Below, piece after piece: positions 1-12,225 of a stretch of 63,885 nt of DNA. The translations under genes were made by a program, and so were the position numbers. Numbering within the stretch: position 1 is the stretch's first letter; each line of letters starts with the position of its first letter. The notes below the pieces were generated by a model. That model had not been told where the DNA came from, ran no database searches, and saw only the letters and a program-made list of their open reading frames with translations. Source of the DNA: Octopus bimaculoides (lineage: Eukaryota); the NCBI RefSeq assembly GCF_001194135.2, contig NC_068989.1, forward strand, positions 3,021,161-3,085,045, read 5' to 3'.

Positions 1-19
1 TATATATATATATATATAT

Positions 20-74
<55 letters not shown>

Positions 75-86
75 AAGAGAGGGAGG
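1..86. repeat. Compound microsatellite (TA)n-(GATA)n-(GA)n
   Basis: Read directly from sequence. Confidence 0.95.
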
Positions 87-1557
87 GAGACAGACAGGTA
101 TTTACCTATATGTATATGGTCCTATGCATATATGTGTATATATTTATAAGTGTGTATGTGAGTGTTTATGTATACATCTATATATATATATATGTACACA
201 TACACATACATGTATACTTATAAGCATGAGTGTGTATGCATATATGTGTGTGTGTGTGTGTGTAATTGCTAACCAGGTCAAATGTATATAGCCAGATGAT
301 TGGCAGGTAATTGTTTGTGTATATTTATTATCAGCTTATGTTGACACCAACTGATAAAAACAAGCTATTTATGGTTTAAACTCATTCTGTGTTTGAATAT
401 GTCAGCTTGAAATGAGTATTTGTGAAATACTGTTGACAAATTCTTCAAGAATAGATAAAACAGCCACTGCAACATGTTGCTTCACATCTAACAACTGCTA
501 ACTCCCACCTTCCTTGTAATCAAAACCATCAGTGGTTGGTACTCTTGTGACACCAAGGAAACTCCTGAGCCAATGAGGGGCCCCCTTATGTGGTCACTTG
601 CCCTTCTCTTGCATAGAATCTACATCAACTAATGGAGTTGAAGATGTTGCATTGTGACATACGAAGTGTTTTGGGTATTTTTTTACAGGTGGAGCTCATT
701 CCCCTCCAGGCTTTGACTTCAGGTGATTTCATCCTGAGAGAGGGAAACAGGTCAACAGAGAGAGAGAGAGAGAGAGACAGAGAGGCAGACAGACAGACAG
801 ACAGACAAAGAGAAAGGCAGAGTAATTGAGGGAGAGAGTGAGAGAGATAGAATTGACCTTTGTACAGGACTGGTACTTTATCAACCCCAAAATGACAAAA
901 GGCAAAGTTAACCATGGCTGTTTTTGAACTCAAAGCGAAGACAGAACAAATATCTCAAAGCAAACTATCCACCCTTGTAATGACTCTGCCCATAGTCCCA
1001 CCACACTTGTATATATGGGTCTATGTATATATATTTATACATATATTTTATATACATGCAAATGTTGATATAATATCTATGATATAAGAAACAAAATTAT
1101 GAAACAGCTGTAAACAAATGGAATAAATATCTATTCTTTCTCCTCATTTTTCTTATCTGTTCTATTTGTGTGTGTATGTGTGTGTAGACATGCACACACA
1201 TGCGCACACACTTTTTTTAGTGCAGTGCAATCTCAACTATAATACAACCTCACAGATTTGATGTTTTATGTTTTATAATAGATTTCTTGCATTATACCCA
1301 AAAGAATACAGTAAGGTCCCTGATATGAAGGTAACCTTGCATTTGTGATTTCCTTCCCAGAAGCCTTGCAAAAGAGCATGTGACAGCCCTTAAGCCCCCA
1401 CAGACAAAAGTCATAAATGTAAGAAAATGTAAGCCAGGGGTGAAATTCTTTTTAGGTGTTGATGTTGAAGACGGTGTTAATAATGGGGGTCGTCAGTCAT
1501 TATGTTAATCATTTCATTATGTAATGATTTATGTTTGTTATTTCGATATGATAACCG

Positions 1558-1648
1558 TTATCTCAGTCTTTCGTAGATGAAGCTTTCTGAAGCTTCAGCA
1601 TCGAAACAAAGAGAACCACTTTTTACAAGGGTTTCATCATTTTGAATT
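1558..1648 (-). CDS. Candidate terminal coding exon (IQNDETLVKSGSLCFDAEASESFIYERLR*), product unknown
   Basis: Minus-strand acceptor tttattttttacag|A; only one of three frames is open, ending at TAA 1558-1560. No homology recognised. Confidence 0.15.
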
Positions 1649-2228
1649 CTGTAAAAAATAAACACCTGAATCTCAATAGACAAGGAAAAGTTTACATCTT
1701 CTGAGAGAAATGACAAATCAAAATTATTAGCCCAGTGGTGTTTTTGACAAGAATTAAACACCAGCATTAACAATATTATTTCATTTCATCAAATAACATT
1801 ATTATAATCAACAGTTTTTAAAAAATCATTATCAATACGAGCAGCATCTTGAATAACAAGTTTACAAATGGTAACAATCATAATAAACAATAAACAACAA
1901 TATCAACAACACTGGCGTTCCCTATGACAACATCACCACCAACAACAATTCATACAAACAACATCAACAACAACCAGAAACATGTGAAGTATGTTTAAAT
2001 GCTGCCCTACCCTAACAACTTTTTAAAGCTTCACTTGGAAAGGAAAGTGAGGGAGGTGCTGTCCTCAAGTGAATTTATTGAAAGGTGAGTGAAAGCGTAT
2101 CTATGAGTTTATTATTTATTTTTCATTATTTTTTTTATCTTTTCATTCCACCCTGTATAAATCCCCACACTTTACGTCTGTCTTTGTATTTTGCCCCTCA
2201 TCTACTGTCCCGGTGGATAATACAGGAG

Positions 2229-2276
<48 letters not shown>

Positions 2277-2639
2277 TACTACCAGCAGTTACTAAACAAA
2301 AATTAGGTCATTGTTTTTCAACCTAATTTGTTCTGCAAAGGAATCAAAACAGAGTCAACAGCAAAAAAATAAAAAAAAAAAGGATCAAATCTCTTCCCTT
2401 CAAACTTTGTTTACTAGAATTATGTTTTTGCTGTCGTTTCATTTAATTTATAAATCATGTTTTTAAATATTCTAAAAATATTTTTCATGACCTCATTTTG
2501 AACTACAGAGAGAGAGGCAGTGGGGTCTCATTTTGTAAATTAGGTCATTCTGAATACAAAATTTCTTGCAAATAAATAAATGCAGTTTAGCCCTGGGTTG
2601 GTTCTGAGTGAGGAAAATTCTAACCAAAAATGTATAATC

Positions 2640-2765
2640 CACGATTATCACAGCCTTTTGTATACCGTGGATGACATTGTCTAATAAATCCTTCCTTATT
2701 TAAGACAGTAAGGTGTGATTCGAGGAAGATTCAGTTGATATTTCTAGCAAGCTGACTGGCCACAT
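2640..2765. mobile_element. Interspersed repeat, family E (core ttgacttgctagaaatagcagccaaatctc...cttaaaaa), reverse-complement copy
   Basis: Same motif recurs at about 5630-5800, 7990-8070, 11330-11450, 34950-35150, 55060-55200 and 57120-57340. Class undetermined. Confidence 0.6.
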
Positions 2766-3184
2766 AGAAGCTTTTCATTTGCTGGAAAAGCTGTCTGGCA
2801 GACATCAGTGGTACAATAGGAGGGATTAACATAACTAGGCATACCTTATATGGGCATAAGGCAATGAATTCAGAAGGAAAGGAAAACTTGTGATTGTTTG
2901 GTTTATTCATGCATTCAACAAGTGACATTGGTGAACTTTCATTTTTGTAAAGTACAGCTTTTTTAACGATAAAGATATTACTATAAAAAAAAAATAACAA
3001 CAACAAAAGGAATGCAACAACAATAACCACTTCTACAACAACAATGAAAGCAATAACTACAAAAATATTAAAAGGTGGCTCTGCTGTATTTTATATTCTT
3101 TTAAAAACTTAAAATGTCCACAGATAAAGATTTTTAATTAAAAGGAAAACAGAGAACAGTTAAGCCCTGATAACAACATCGAAA

Positions 3185-3520
3185 AAGTAGATAAGCTTAG
3201 CTCAGTTGGATATCAAAGCCCAGAAAGTTTGAAGCTTGGCTCAGGTAGATGTTGAAGTGAAAAACTAAATAACTTAGGATGAAATAGATACTGAAGCAGA
3301 AAAAGAAAACTAAGCGAGGTGGGTTCAAATGGATATTGAAACACGAAAGAGTAGAAGCCAGAACTAGACAGAGATTGAAGGACAAAACAGACAAAAGAGG
3401 TTCAAATAAATATCGAAGCACAAAAACTAAGATAAACTCAGCTCAAATAGACATAAAGGTGCAAAAAAAAAAATAAAAGAAAGGCTCTGATAGATATGGA
3501 AGCACAAAAAAATAGTTAAT
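3185..3520 (+). repeat. Degenerate minisatellite, about 39-bp unit, about 8-9 copies
   Basis: Recurring units such as agataagcttagctcagttggatatcaaagcccag, aagataaactcagctcaaatagacataaaggtgc and aggttcaaataaatatcgaagcac. Confidence 0.7.
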
Positions 3521-4189
3521 CTAAAGAAATAATCCACAGTACTTACAGAAATGCTGAGATGTAGCACCAATAAATTCCTGGAAAAACTTTTAAGATCGAC
3601 GTAGAAAATGGTGATTTGTCCACCATGGGATATAATATCATTTAGTCTCTTCTCTATACTTTTTTTTAATGTTCACTTTTTTTTTGTGTAAGTTGTTTTC
3701 TCTCTTTTTTTTTTTTTTTTTGCTGCTTTGCATTTTGGATTATTGCAAGTTCACATTTTGGCAGTCTTAGTGTTGTTCTTTGTGTTGTCATTCTTTGTTT
3801 TACTATTTTTTTGTTTTATTTTTTTTTCTACTTATACACACAAACCCACTTTCTTTGTGACTTTTCATTTATTTTACTCTCTCTCTCTCTCTCTCTCTCT
3901 CCCTCTCTCTGTCTTTTTCTTGCTCTTCCTTTCTTTTCAATGTATCTTCTCTGTCTCCCTTGTTTATTCTCTTCTTTATCTCCTTTTGTAACTTTCTCTA
4001 CCTTTCATTTACACTCTCCTTTCTCTCCTTAGGTCTGATTTGCCTTCCTCGTCTCCCCTTGTCTATTTTATCTCACATTTCTGTCCCCAAAAGTTTTTAC
4101 TCATTTCTTTTATATATATATCTTTCCCTTACGATCCTGTCGCTTTTATTCAAGCATAACTCCAATAACAATCCCAGCACAGTGCTCAA

Positions 4190-4366
4190 CCATGGCCAGC
4201 CCCTGGTACAATCCATCTATCTTCACTCATTTCTACAGCTGAGTGAACTGAAGCAACATGAAAGAATTTTTCTTGCTCAAGACAACAACACACAGCCTGG
4301 TCCGGGAATCGAACTCACAACCTCACAATCGTAAGCTTGACGTTCTAACCACTGAGCCATACACCT

Positions 4367-4367
<1 letters not shown>
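4190..4367 (-). mobile_element. tRNA-derived SINE, family D (MetaSINE-like central domain)
   Basis: Minus strand reads gtatggctcagtggttagaacgtc...gtgagttcgattcccggacc (Pol III A/B boxes), followed by gttgcttcagttcactcagctgtagaaatgag. Confidence 0.8.
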
Positions 4368-4405
<38 letters not shown>

Positions 4406-4762
4406 TAGTATATTGCCACTTAAGTGTGGCTGACCCCTAGGGGTGGATGTTACTGTTGCTTTTAGCCCCAGGAGGACATCTCCTCCAGCTGGCTTATCGA
4501 CACACNNNNNNNNNNNNNNNNNNNNNNNNNNNNNNNNNNNNNNNNNNNNNNNNNNNNNNNNNNNNNNNNNNNNNNNNNNNNNNNNNNNNNNNNNNNNNNN
4601 NNNNNNNNNNNNNNNNNNNNNNNNNNNNNNNNNNNNNNNNNNNNNNNNNNNNNNNNNNNNNNNNNNNNNNNNNNNNNNNNNNNNNNNNNNNNNNNNNNNN
4701 NNNNNNNNNNNNNNNNNNNNNNNNNNNNNNNNNNNNNNNNNNNNNNNNNNNNNNNNNNNNNN

Positions 4763-4800
<38 letters not shown>

Positions 4801-5994
4801 CATATATATGTCTATGTATATGTGTCTATCTCTCTATCTGTATATCTATATCTTTATATACATAACAAGATAGATCACACTCTGTTCACTGCTGTTCCCA
4901 ATGTAAGTAATAAGACTGGAAACCAAGCCAGACATTCCAGCAACTGACCTCTATGTATCTAGAAATAAAAGAGCACACTCCGCTGAATAGATAAGTAAGC
5001 AATTAGTCCATAAAACTGGATATTCCTTCACCCAGGTTTCCCACAACTACAACCTACAATTACATCATTTGTTCTCAATAAAATAGAGTCAGTTCACAGA
5101 TCGATCCAACTGGGATTAATAAAACAGTTTTCATCAATACAAGTGATTAGTAACATGATAAATACAGATTATGGGAAAATATCAAACTAAAAACAAACAA
5201 AAAAAAAAAGAAACAAAAATGAATATAATGAAATCCACGATTACCAGTTTAGAGAAAAGGAAGGAAAGAAACTTACTGGGAAAGAGAGGAATCAAGAGAG
5301 AAAGATAAAAATAATGAAAAAAAATAGGGAAAGGAGGAAAAAAGAAAGAATGAGTGAAAGGGAGAGGCACATTTTTTTAGATTAAACCTGAAATCTGAGA
5401 TAAAAAAATAGAAGTTATTTTCATTAATTTTTTTTCAAGTATACAACATCATGTTTTCTAAAGTATCTTATCACAGAACATATTCATTTGTTCATTGTAC
5501 CTCTTCTAATTGTTTAAGTATGAAATAAAATCAGTTTGTTGATTTCATTTGCCTAAATCTTCCCTACTTTACCATGGCTGCCCCCACTAAAACAAAAGTA
5601 ACAACAACAACAATAAATCAATGATAGACGTGTTTATGAAGTTGCTTGACTTGCTAGAAATAGTAGCCAAATCTCCTTTCAATTCTCAATCTATCACCTT
5701 AAAAAGAAAGAAACATTAGATAATGATATCCTAAAAAAAAATGGGATTGTAACATCTGGAGCAAAATTAATCAGCTTGCTTGATCAGGGTTGACTAGACA
5801 ACAACAACTACAACAATGATTTGTTTTCGCTCATAGGCGAGGCTGAGTGATGTTCATGCCTTTTCACGAAGCATTTATAGCGCAAAAAAAAATTACTTCA
5901 GATTGGTATTTAAGAAAATAATAGTTAATTTTATTTTCTAAGGAAAAGCTACATTGTGGTCCTTGTATAACGAAGCAACAGTTGATTAATTAAT

Positions 5995-6069
<75 letters not shown>

Positions 6070-6089
6070 CATATGTATGTATGTATCTG

Positions 6090-6143
<54 letters not shown>

Positions 6144-6721
6144 CATACACAAATGTATTGTACATATATGTGTGTGTGTGTGTATATGTATATGATACTA
6201 TCATTGTGTATGTATGTGTTACCATGTAGCACACTAAACAGAGGCTCCATTCTCATCATCTTATAAGGTAAGCAGAGTGTAATGTTATATAATTTGCCCA
6301 AGGAAGATAATTATTTTCATTAAAAAAAGCATTTAATTAAACTTTTGTATTTTCTTTTGAAAAAAATAAATGGAAAGTTAATTAAAATCATTTGATTTGA
6401 TAGGAAAATAAAATTTGATTGGACAGGAGCTTATCGAAATTATTTCATAACCTATAAAAAAAACAACCAGAGGAAAAGCAGTTCTGTTAAATATAAGGAA
6501 AATTCATGAAGAAATAAATGTGAGAAATCCATTCTGTTTGACTCTATAAATACCATCACAAGAACAACAACAAGAATGACAACAACAATTCTTGCTAATT
6601 TTAGGCACAAGGCCAATGATTCTGAGGCAAGAAGTAATTCAATTACATCAACTCTAGAACTTGACTGGTAGTTATTTTATCAACACCAAAAGGATAAAAG
6701 ACAGAGCCATTCTTCTTTTTT

Positions 6722-6925
6722 TTTCTTGTTTTTTACTCTAAGCACAAGGCCTTAAATTTTGGGGGAGGGGGCCAGTCGATTAGATCGACCCCAGTGCGCA
6801 ACTGGTACTTAATTTATCGACCCTGAAAGGATGAAAGGCAAAGTCAACCTCGGCGGAATTTGAACTCAGAATGTAAAGACTGATAAAATACCGCTAAGCA
6901 TTTTGCCAGGTGTGCTAATGTCTTT
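6722..6925 (-). mobile_element. tRNA-derived SINE, family A, near full length
   Basis: Reverse complement of ggcggtgagctggcag...gagttcaaattccgccgaggttgactttgcctttcatcctttc...ataaattaagtaccag; more than 10 copies in the window. Confidence 0.9.
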
Positions 6926-7314
6926 GCCACCTCACCACCCTTAGGTGGAAGTCATTCTCTGAAGAATTTGGAGCCAGAGTGAGAAGCCAGAAGAAATGCT
7001 CTTAAGCATTTGGCCGGGTGTGCTACCAATTCCAACAGCTCAACAACAACAGCAACAATAATAATAATAATAATGAGAAGGAGATGAAGAATAAGGGGAC
7101 TGAGAAAATAGAAAAATAGCTGAAAAGAATGGCATTAAGGTTATTAGAAGAAAAGGAGATGGAAAGTCTGGGGTTTCTTCCTTGTTCCCAAATGTATTAT
7201 CATCATAAGAGAAGTGAAATAGCTGCAGGTCATTACGAAAACAAAGTTATGGCTTTAGTTTGCAAGGGGCTTACATTTATAACTCTGCCATCAATATAAT
7301 TTACAACCATGTTG

Positions 7315-7560
7315 TTACTGGTGGAGGTGTCATGTGGTTTTGATTCTTGGACTAAGAAGTGTGCTGGGTTCTGAAGCAAAACACTTCACTTCATGTTGCT
7401 CTAGTTCACTCAGTTGTTATAAATGAGTTCCAGCAAAAACTGGGGAGTTAATTCTGTGAGGGACTGGCGTCCTATCCAGGACGACTGTTGTTATCTTATC
7501 ATATGCCAGGGAAACCAGGTTAAGCTCCAGCCTTATGAGTCCTGGGGCTCATAACAGACC
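7315..7560 (+). mobile_element. SINE family D, degenerate
   Basis: Shares aaaacacttcacttcatgttgctctagttcactcagttgt and ccttatgagtcctgggg with the other family D copies. Confidence 0.7.
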
Positions 7561-8459
7561 TAAGAGGTATTACTATTGGCAGAAGCACAAGAGGTTCAAG
7601 TCCTACTGAGGCCAACTTACCTTTCATTCTTCCAGGGGTCAGCAAAATAAAGTACAGAGGTTGATACAATTGACTTTACCATTTGAGAATTTAAGAATAT
7701 GTAAAAAAAAGTCACAAGTGTGTTTTGTATATTGTAAAGCAAGAAATAAGTTCCTATTTGGTCAAGTCTGGGACAGGAAGCTTCAATTCTTATTTGAAAC
7801 TGTTTCACTTCACTTACATTAATAATGCCTTTGGGAAATGAATGAACACCTCAAACTTCCATTTCTTTCTTTCTCTAAAAGTATAAAAATGAGTCAGAGA
7901 AAGCAATACAAGTCACAATTGTTGAATAACCCCGGGTCAGCTCATATTGAGCAGACAGATCTATGGCACATGTTGAATTGATCAAGCAACTAGGTCACTA
8001 CCTACAAAGCCTCTATGTGGTTGTTTGGCCTGCTAGAAATAGTAACTAAATCTCTCCTCAGTTTCACTTTATTGTAGCAGTTCTCAGTTTTTTGACTCTG
8101 TGTGTGGTGTACTTGAGATTAAATAAAGATTCTAGGCTCACATAAAAAAATAATAAAAAATTTCAAAGAAAGACTAAGTTTTAAAGTTAAAAATTTAGAA
8201 GAAAAAAAATTTAGAACATTTTTGCTAACTTTGTTTTATTAATTAAACTAGTTATAATGAAGTTATGAATAACAAACACACACTCTTCAACGTGCTCCAG
8301 CATTAATATAAATTTTTCTAAAGACTAAAATGCTATTTTAAAAATTCCTTGACACATTTTGATATCCATTGCAATGCATCACCATATTACAACACATTGT
8401 TTCAGAACCATTTATAAAAACAACAACCGTTGTCTTTATAAATGGTTGCAGATATTGCA

Positions 8460-8660
8460 TAATTCAGCCTTGTACATTATTTACATTATTTACATTTGAC
8501 AGATATTTGTCCTCATTTTGTTTGTTGTTAACACAACATTTCGGCCGATATACCCTCCAGCCTTCATCAGGGGTCTTGGGGAAATTTCGAACCTGGGTTC
8601 TCATTCCTAAGGTATTTTTTCGGTGTTATTATCATTATTATTATTATTATTATTATTACC
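8460..8660 (-). mobile_element. Short Penelope-type non-autonomous repeat carrying a hammerhead motif, abutting (ATT)n
   Basis: Plus strand tttcggcc...ccttcatcagg is the reverse complement of the CUGAUGA...GAAA core typical of Penelope-like element terminal repeats. Confidence 0.6.
8530..8575 (-). ncRNA. Minimal type I hammerhead ribozyme motif, slightly decayed
   Basis: GACCC CUGAUGA A GGCUG-GAGGGUAUAU-CGGCC GAAA U GUU GUGUU. Helix II has 5 bp; helix I has 4 of 5 pairs; there is no monomeric helix III. Confidence 0.65.
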
Positions 8661-8682
8661 ACTACTACTACTACTATAGCAG

Positions 8683-8770
8683 AAGACATTTGTCCGAGGT
8701 GCCACACAGTGGGACTGAACCAGGAGCCATGTGGCTGGGAAACAAACTTCTTACCACACAGCCATGCTTA
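8683..8770 (-). mobile_element. SINE family B 5' fragment
   Basis: Reverse complement of gctgtgtggtaagaagtttgtttcccagccacatggctcctggttcagtcccactgtgtggcac. Confidence 0.8.
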
Positions 8771-9223
8771 TATGGGCAGAGCTGATTAATAAACCAATTC
8801 CCTGTGACATTTTAGGGTTGATTTTGTTGACATTACTCCCCCCCCCCGCTTCAAATTTATGGTCATGCGTCAGTGTCTGATTATATTAAAGACCACCTCA
8901 GAGGTCAACATGTTTACAAGGAACACCAGCTTCTATAGGAATGGAATAGACAGGAATAGCATCGAAATATCTCTTTCCCATCACACTCCTTTAAAATTAC
9001 AACCCTTAAATTTCCCTCAGATCAACACTCTGCAAAAAAAAAAAAAAAAAATTCAGAGGTGGAGGTAAGATTTCATTGGATAATTTGGTCCCTGACTCAC
9101 AAATAGACAGGATGGATGCGATTATTAGAGTTGGAGGAATACTATTGGTCTGTTTCATCTGAGCTAAACAACAGCATGTTTATGGGGGTAATAATACACT
9201 CCCTGATAACAACATGACACCAA

Positions 9224-9224
<1 letters not shown>

Positions 9225-9255
<31 letters not shown>

Positions 9256-9269
9256 ATGGTAGTGGTAAG

Positions 9270-9302
<33 letters not shown>

Positions 9303-9570
9303 GGTGATGGTGATGGCAGTGGTAAGGATGCGGAGAACAGAGGATGATGGTGATGACGATGGTGGTGGTGATGATGACAAGATGATGGACAGTAGTAGTG
9401 ATGGTGGAGTTGATGATGGTGATGATGGTGATGATGATGATGAGGAACATTTTGAGGTTAAAGATAATAATGATAATGACCTGTATAATAAGAGCTGACA
9501 TTAACAGTGGCGGCGGTGGTGGTGGTGGTGGTAATGGTAATGGTGGTGGTGGTGGTGGCGGTGGTGGTGA
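9225..9570. repeat. Compound (GAT)n/(GGT)n trinucleotide low-complexity tract
   Basis: Read directly from sequence; source of the poly-M/V/H/D ORFs. Confidence 0.95.
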
Positions 9571-9763
9571 AGACTGATAATAATAAAGATAACGGTAGGC
9601 AGATTCATTGCGTTTATCAGTTCCTAAAGATCTTCAGCTATCATCATTTGTTCTTAATTCTTCTTCTTTTACTCTGCTTCCATATTCTTACCCCCACCCC
9701 CCACCGGCCATTGTCCTTTTCCCCCATGCCACTCTTTACAAGTGACATTCGAAGGACAGACAT

Positions 9764-9799
<36 letters not shown>

Positions 9800-10594
9800 C
9801 TCCCTCCCTCTGTCTAGACAAACACAAATGCATAAGATATAGCAGGGGGGAGCAGGAGGGGGGAGGCAGAAGGATAGGGATGAGGTTAATAACCTCATTT
9901 GATTGTCAAACAACATTGACAAACATAGGTATATTAAATAACGTACAACATCAACTTTGGTTTCTGCTTCTGAAAGATTTATCGTAACAACCAAATGGCA
10001 ATTAAGAGCTCCACTTAGGAAGGAGGAGATAATCTCAAGAATCAAGAATTCTCTAAAGCTGACATGCCATTAAGAAAAAAGACTGGGTTGTTGTCAGGAG
10101 AATAAAGGTCAGTTGGGGGACACATTTCTGCGTCAATAGACATCATCAGCATGGTGATTATCTACTTTTATCTCCAGTAACTAAAGCACTTAGGAGTGGA
10201 AAATGGTTATGGCCAAGGTAATTTGCATAATTTAGACTTTCAAACACTTATGGATTCAAATCTACAGAATCCTCAGTGTTTGTTTGCGAGTGGGATTTTG
10301 TGTGAAACTCTGAAGTCTTGTCTTCATTGCATGATGGATTCCCTCAACAACTCTCACTCAAAACTTGTCTCTGTTTGTTGAGTCACACATTCCACCATTT
10401 ATAGGATGAACTCATCCATGAAGCTGTCATGTCAAACCTCCTCTTGGAATGGTATAAATGCCAAAGTAGGCAGCTGAAAACATTAATAAGAGTTAATTTG
10501 ACAAATGAAATTGGCAGAAAAACATTTGTTAAATTGTAGAATCTATTTTCTGTATTTTTTCAGTAGAGCAGTTTCTATTTTAGAATCTTTTCTT

Positions 10595-10630
<36 letters not shown>

Positions 10631-10677
10631 TCCCTCTCCCTCTCTCTCTCTCTCTCTTTGGCAGTTNNNNNNNNNNT

Positions 10678-10709
<32 letters not shown>

Positions 10710-11489
10710 TCCCTCTCCCTCTCTCTCTCTCTCTCTTTGGCAGTTCTTGAAAATGTCATAGACATAATTTTTTCATCGTCATTTAACATCCAAGCTCCAT
10801 GCTGGTATGGGTCGAACAGCTTGACAGGATCTGATGAGCCCAAGGGCTGCACCATACTCCAATATCGGATATTTTTAAAATAAATGCCTTGTGGTGATAA
10901 CTCCCATTTTCACTACCATCAGCTAACAAACAATTGCCTGCTTATTGTTGTTGTTTTTTTAAAATAAAAACAACTACACTAATTGAAAAATTTTTTGCAT
11001 GAATTCTAAAAATTCTTCCTCTTAATTAATTAATCAATTAATTGGTTCATTAATCCGTTTATTAATAAATTCATTTATTTTAATTAGGTAATTTCACAAT
11101 CTGGTAAGTGATTAAATGTTTATAGTTTTCTTAACACCAATTGTAAGTAATTGGAATATAAAGATTGATGGATGACTGTATAGCTGAAGTTCAATGTTAT
11201 AGAGGTCAATCAGAGGGTTACAGGTTCAAATCTGACAACAGATATTGATTTATAATGTCTGTTTGTTTTTATATTGTATATTTGTCTTCATGAATGTCAA
11301 ACAAAACAATTAAGGAACTCAGCCCACAAGAAACAGGCGTGAAACCTGCCTTGAATCCCACCCCAAAATCCTAAAAAAATAAAAGGATATTTCAGATAAT
11401 GTAATCTCAGCTACCCTTAAAAATACAGGATAGTCACAGATGGAATGCATTTTGATCATAAATTCCAGCATTGTCTTACATTCTGAATC

Positions 11490-11760
11490 GTCATCGTTGT
11501 CGTCATCATCATCATCAGTTAATGTCCATTTTCCATGCTGGCCTTGGTTGGACAGTTTGAGAGGAACTTGCAAGCTAGAGAGCTGTGCCAGACTCTGATT
11601 GTCTGTTCCGTCATGGTTTCTACATCTGGATGTCCTTCCTAATGCCAACCACTTTACGTCAGCATGAGTGCTTTTTATGTGGTGCCAACACAGATGCAAA
11701 CCATGTGGTTGGGAAGCAGACTTCTTACCACATAGCTATACCGGTGCCTGTGGTCATGGC
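11490..11760 (-). mobile_element. Family C non-autonomous retroelement (RTE-type, (GAT)n tail)
   Basis: tcatcatc-gttaatgtccattttccatgctgg...tggatgtccttcctaatgccaacc, as in about 9 other copies. Confidence 0.8.
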
Positions 11761-12039
11761 CGGAACACCATTGATCGTAGACCTACTCAATCAGGACTAG
11801 TACAGAGATAAACAACTGTAACATACCTATTTAGCAATATTCTCTGACATGTTGGTTCCTACTGACAAATAAACTTAGAAGACAATTAACCCAGAAATGG
11901 TTATCGATGTTTCCTGATAGAAATATCATTTACAGCCAACAACAATGTGCTTTTCACGATAAAATAATCTAAATATAGAGAGCAAGATATATGAGACATT
12001 CCAGAAACGGAGGGATTTCAAGAAAGAAACAATCACCGT

Positions 12040-12225
12040 GATATTGATAGGACAGGAATATCAATGAGATAAGCTGAAAAACAACTGCAGGTGTTTGAGA
12101 GAAAGATATCTATTATCTATGGATATTAACCAATATGAACAAGAAGATTAAACTGGAGAAAAGCTTTCAGAATAGCCATCACCATTCTTGGAGATGTTTA
12201 CAAAGACTCTAACAACATATAATTG
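12040..12225 (+). mobile_element. Possible highly decayed RTE-clade RT C-terminal relic
   Basis: Frame reads AEKQLQVFERKIS.IYG, resembling the RTE LxVFERKILRRIYG motif; many stops. Confidence 0.3.

Noticed and set aside
630-680. TGAAGA-tgttgc-att-gtgaca-tac-GAAG hammerhead-like string
   Set aside because: Lacks the leading C and the GAAA, has extra bases before the second core strand, and shows no helix I.
4290-4365. tRNA-like A/B boxes here and in other SINE heads
   Set aside because: No complete cloverleaf; the sequence continues into a SINE body, so these are not tRNA genes.
8074-8415. Possible hAT MITE (tagcagttctcag ... tttcagaaccat)
   Set aside because: Ends are too degenerate and there is no matching TSD.
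10105-10160. Minus-strand CTGATGA-tgtc-tatt-gacg-ca-GAAA
   Set aside because: No G10.1-C11.1 closing pair next to GAAA and no helix I complement. At most a very decayed relic.
10590-10750. Apparent direct repeat (CT)n-ttggcagtt on both sides of a short gap; similar at 34625-34675 and 46370-46480
   Set aside because: Most likely contig-end overlap duplicated across small N-gaps.
11401-11412. taatctcagct, matching the 5' end of miR-216
   Set aside because: Only 11 nt match, no hairpin, and it lies in a family E repeat.
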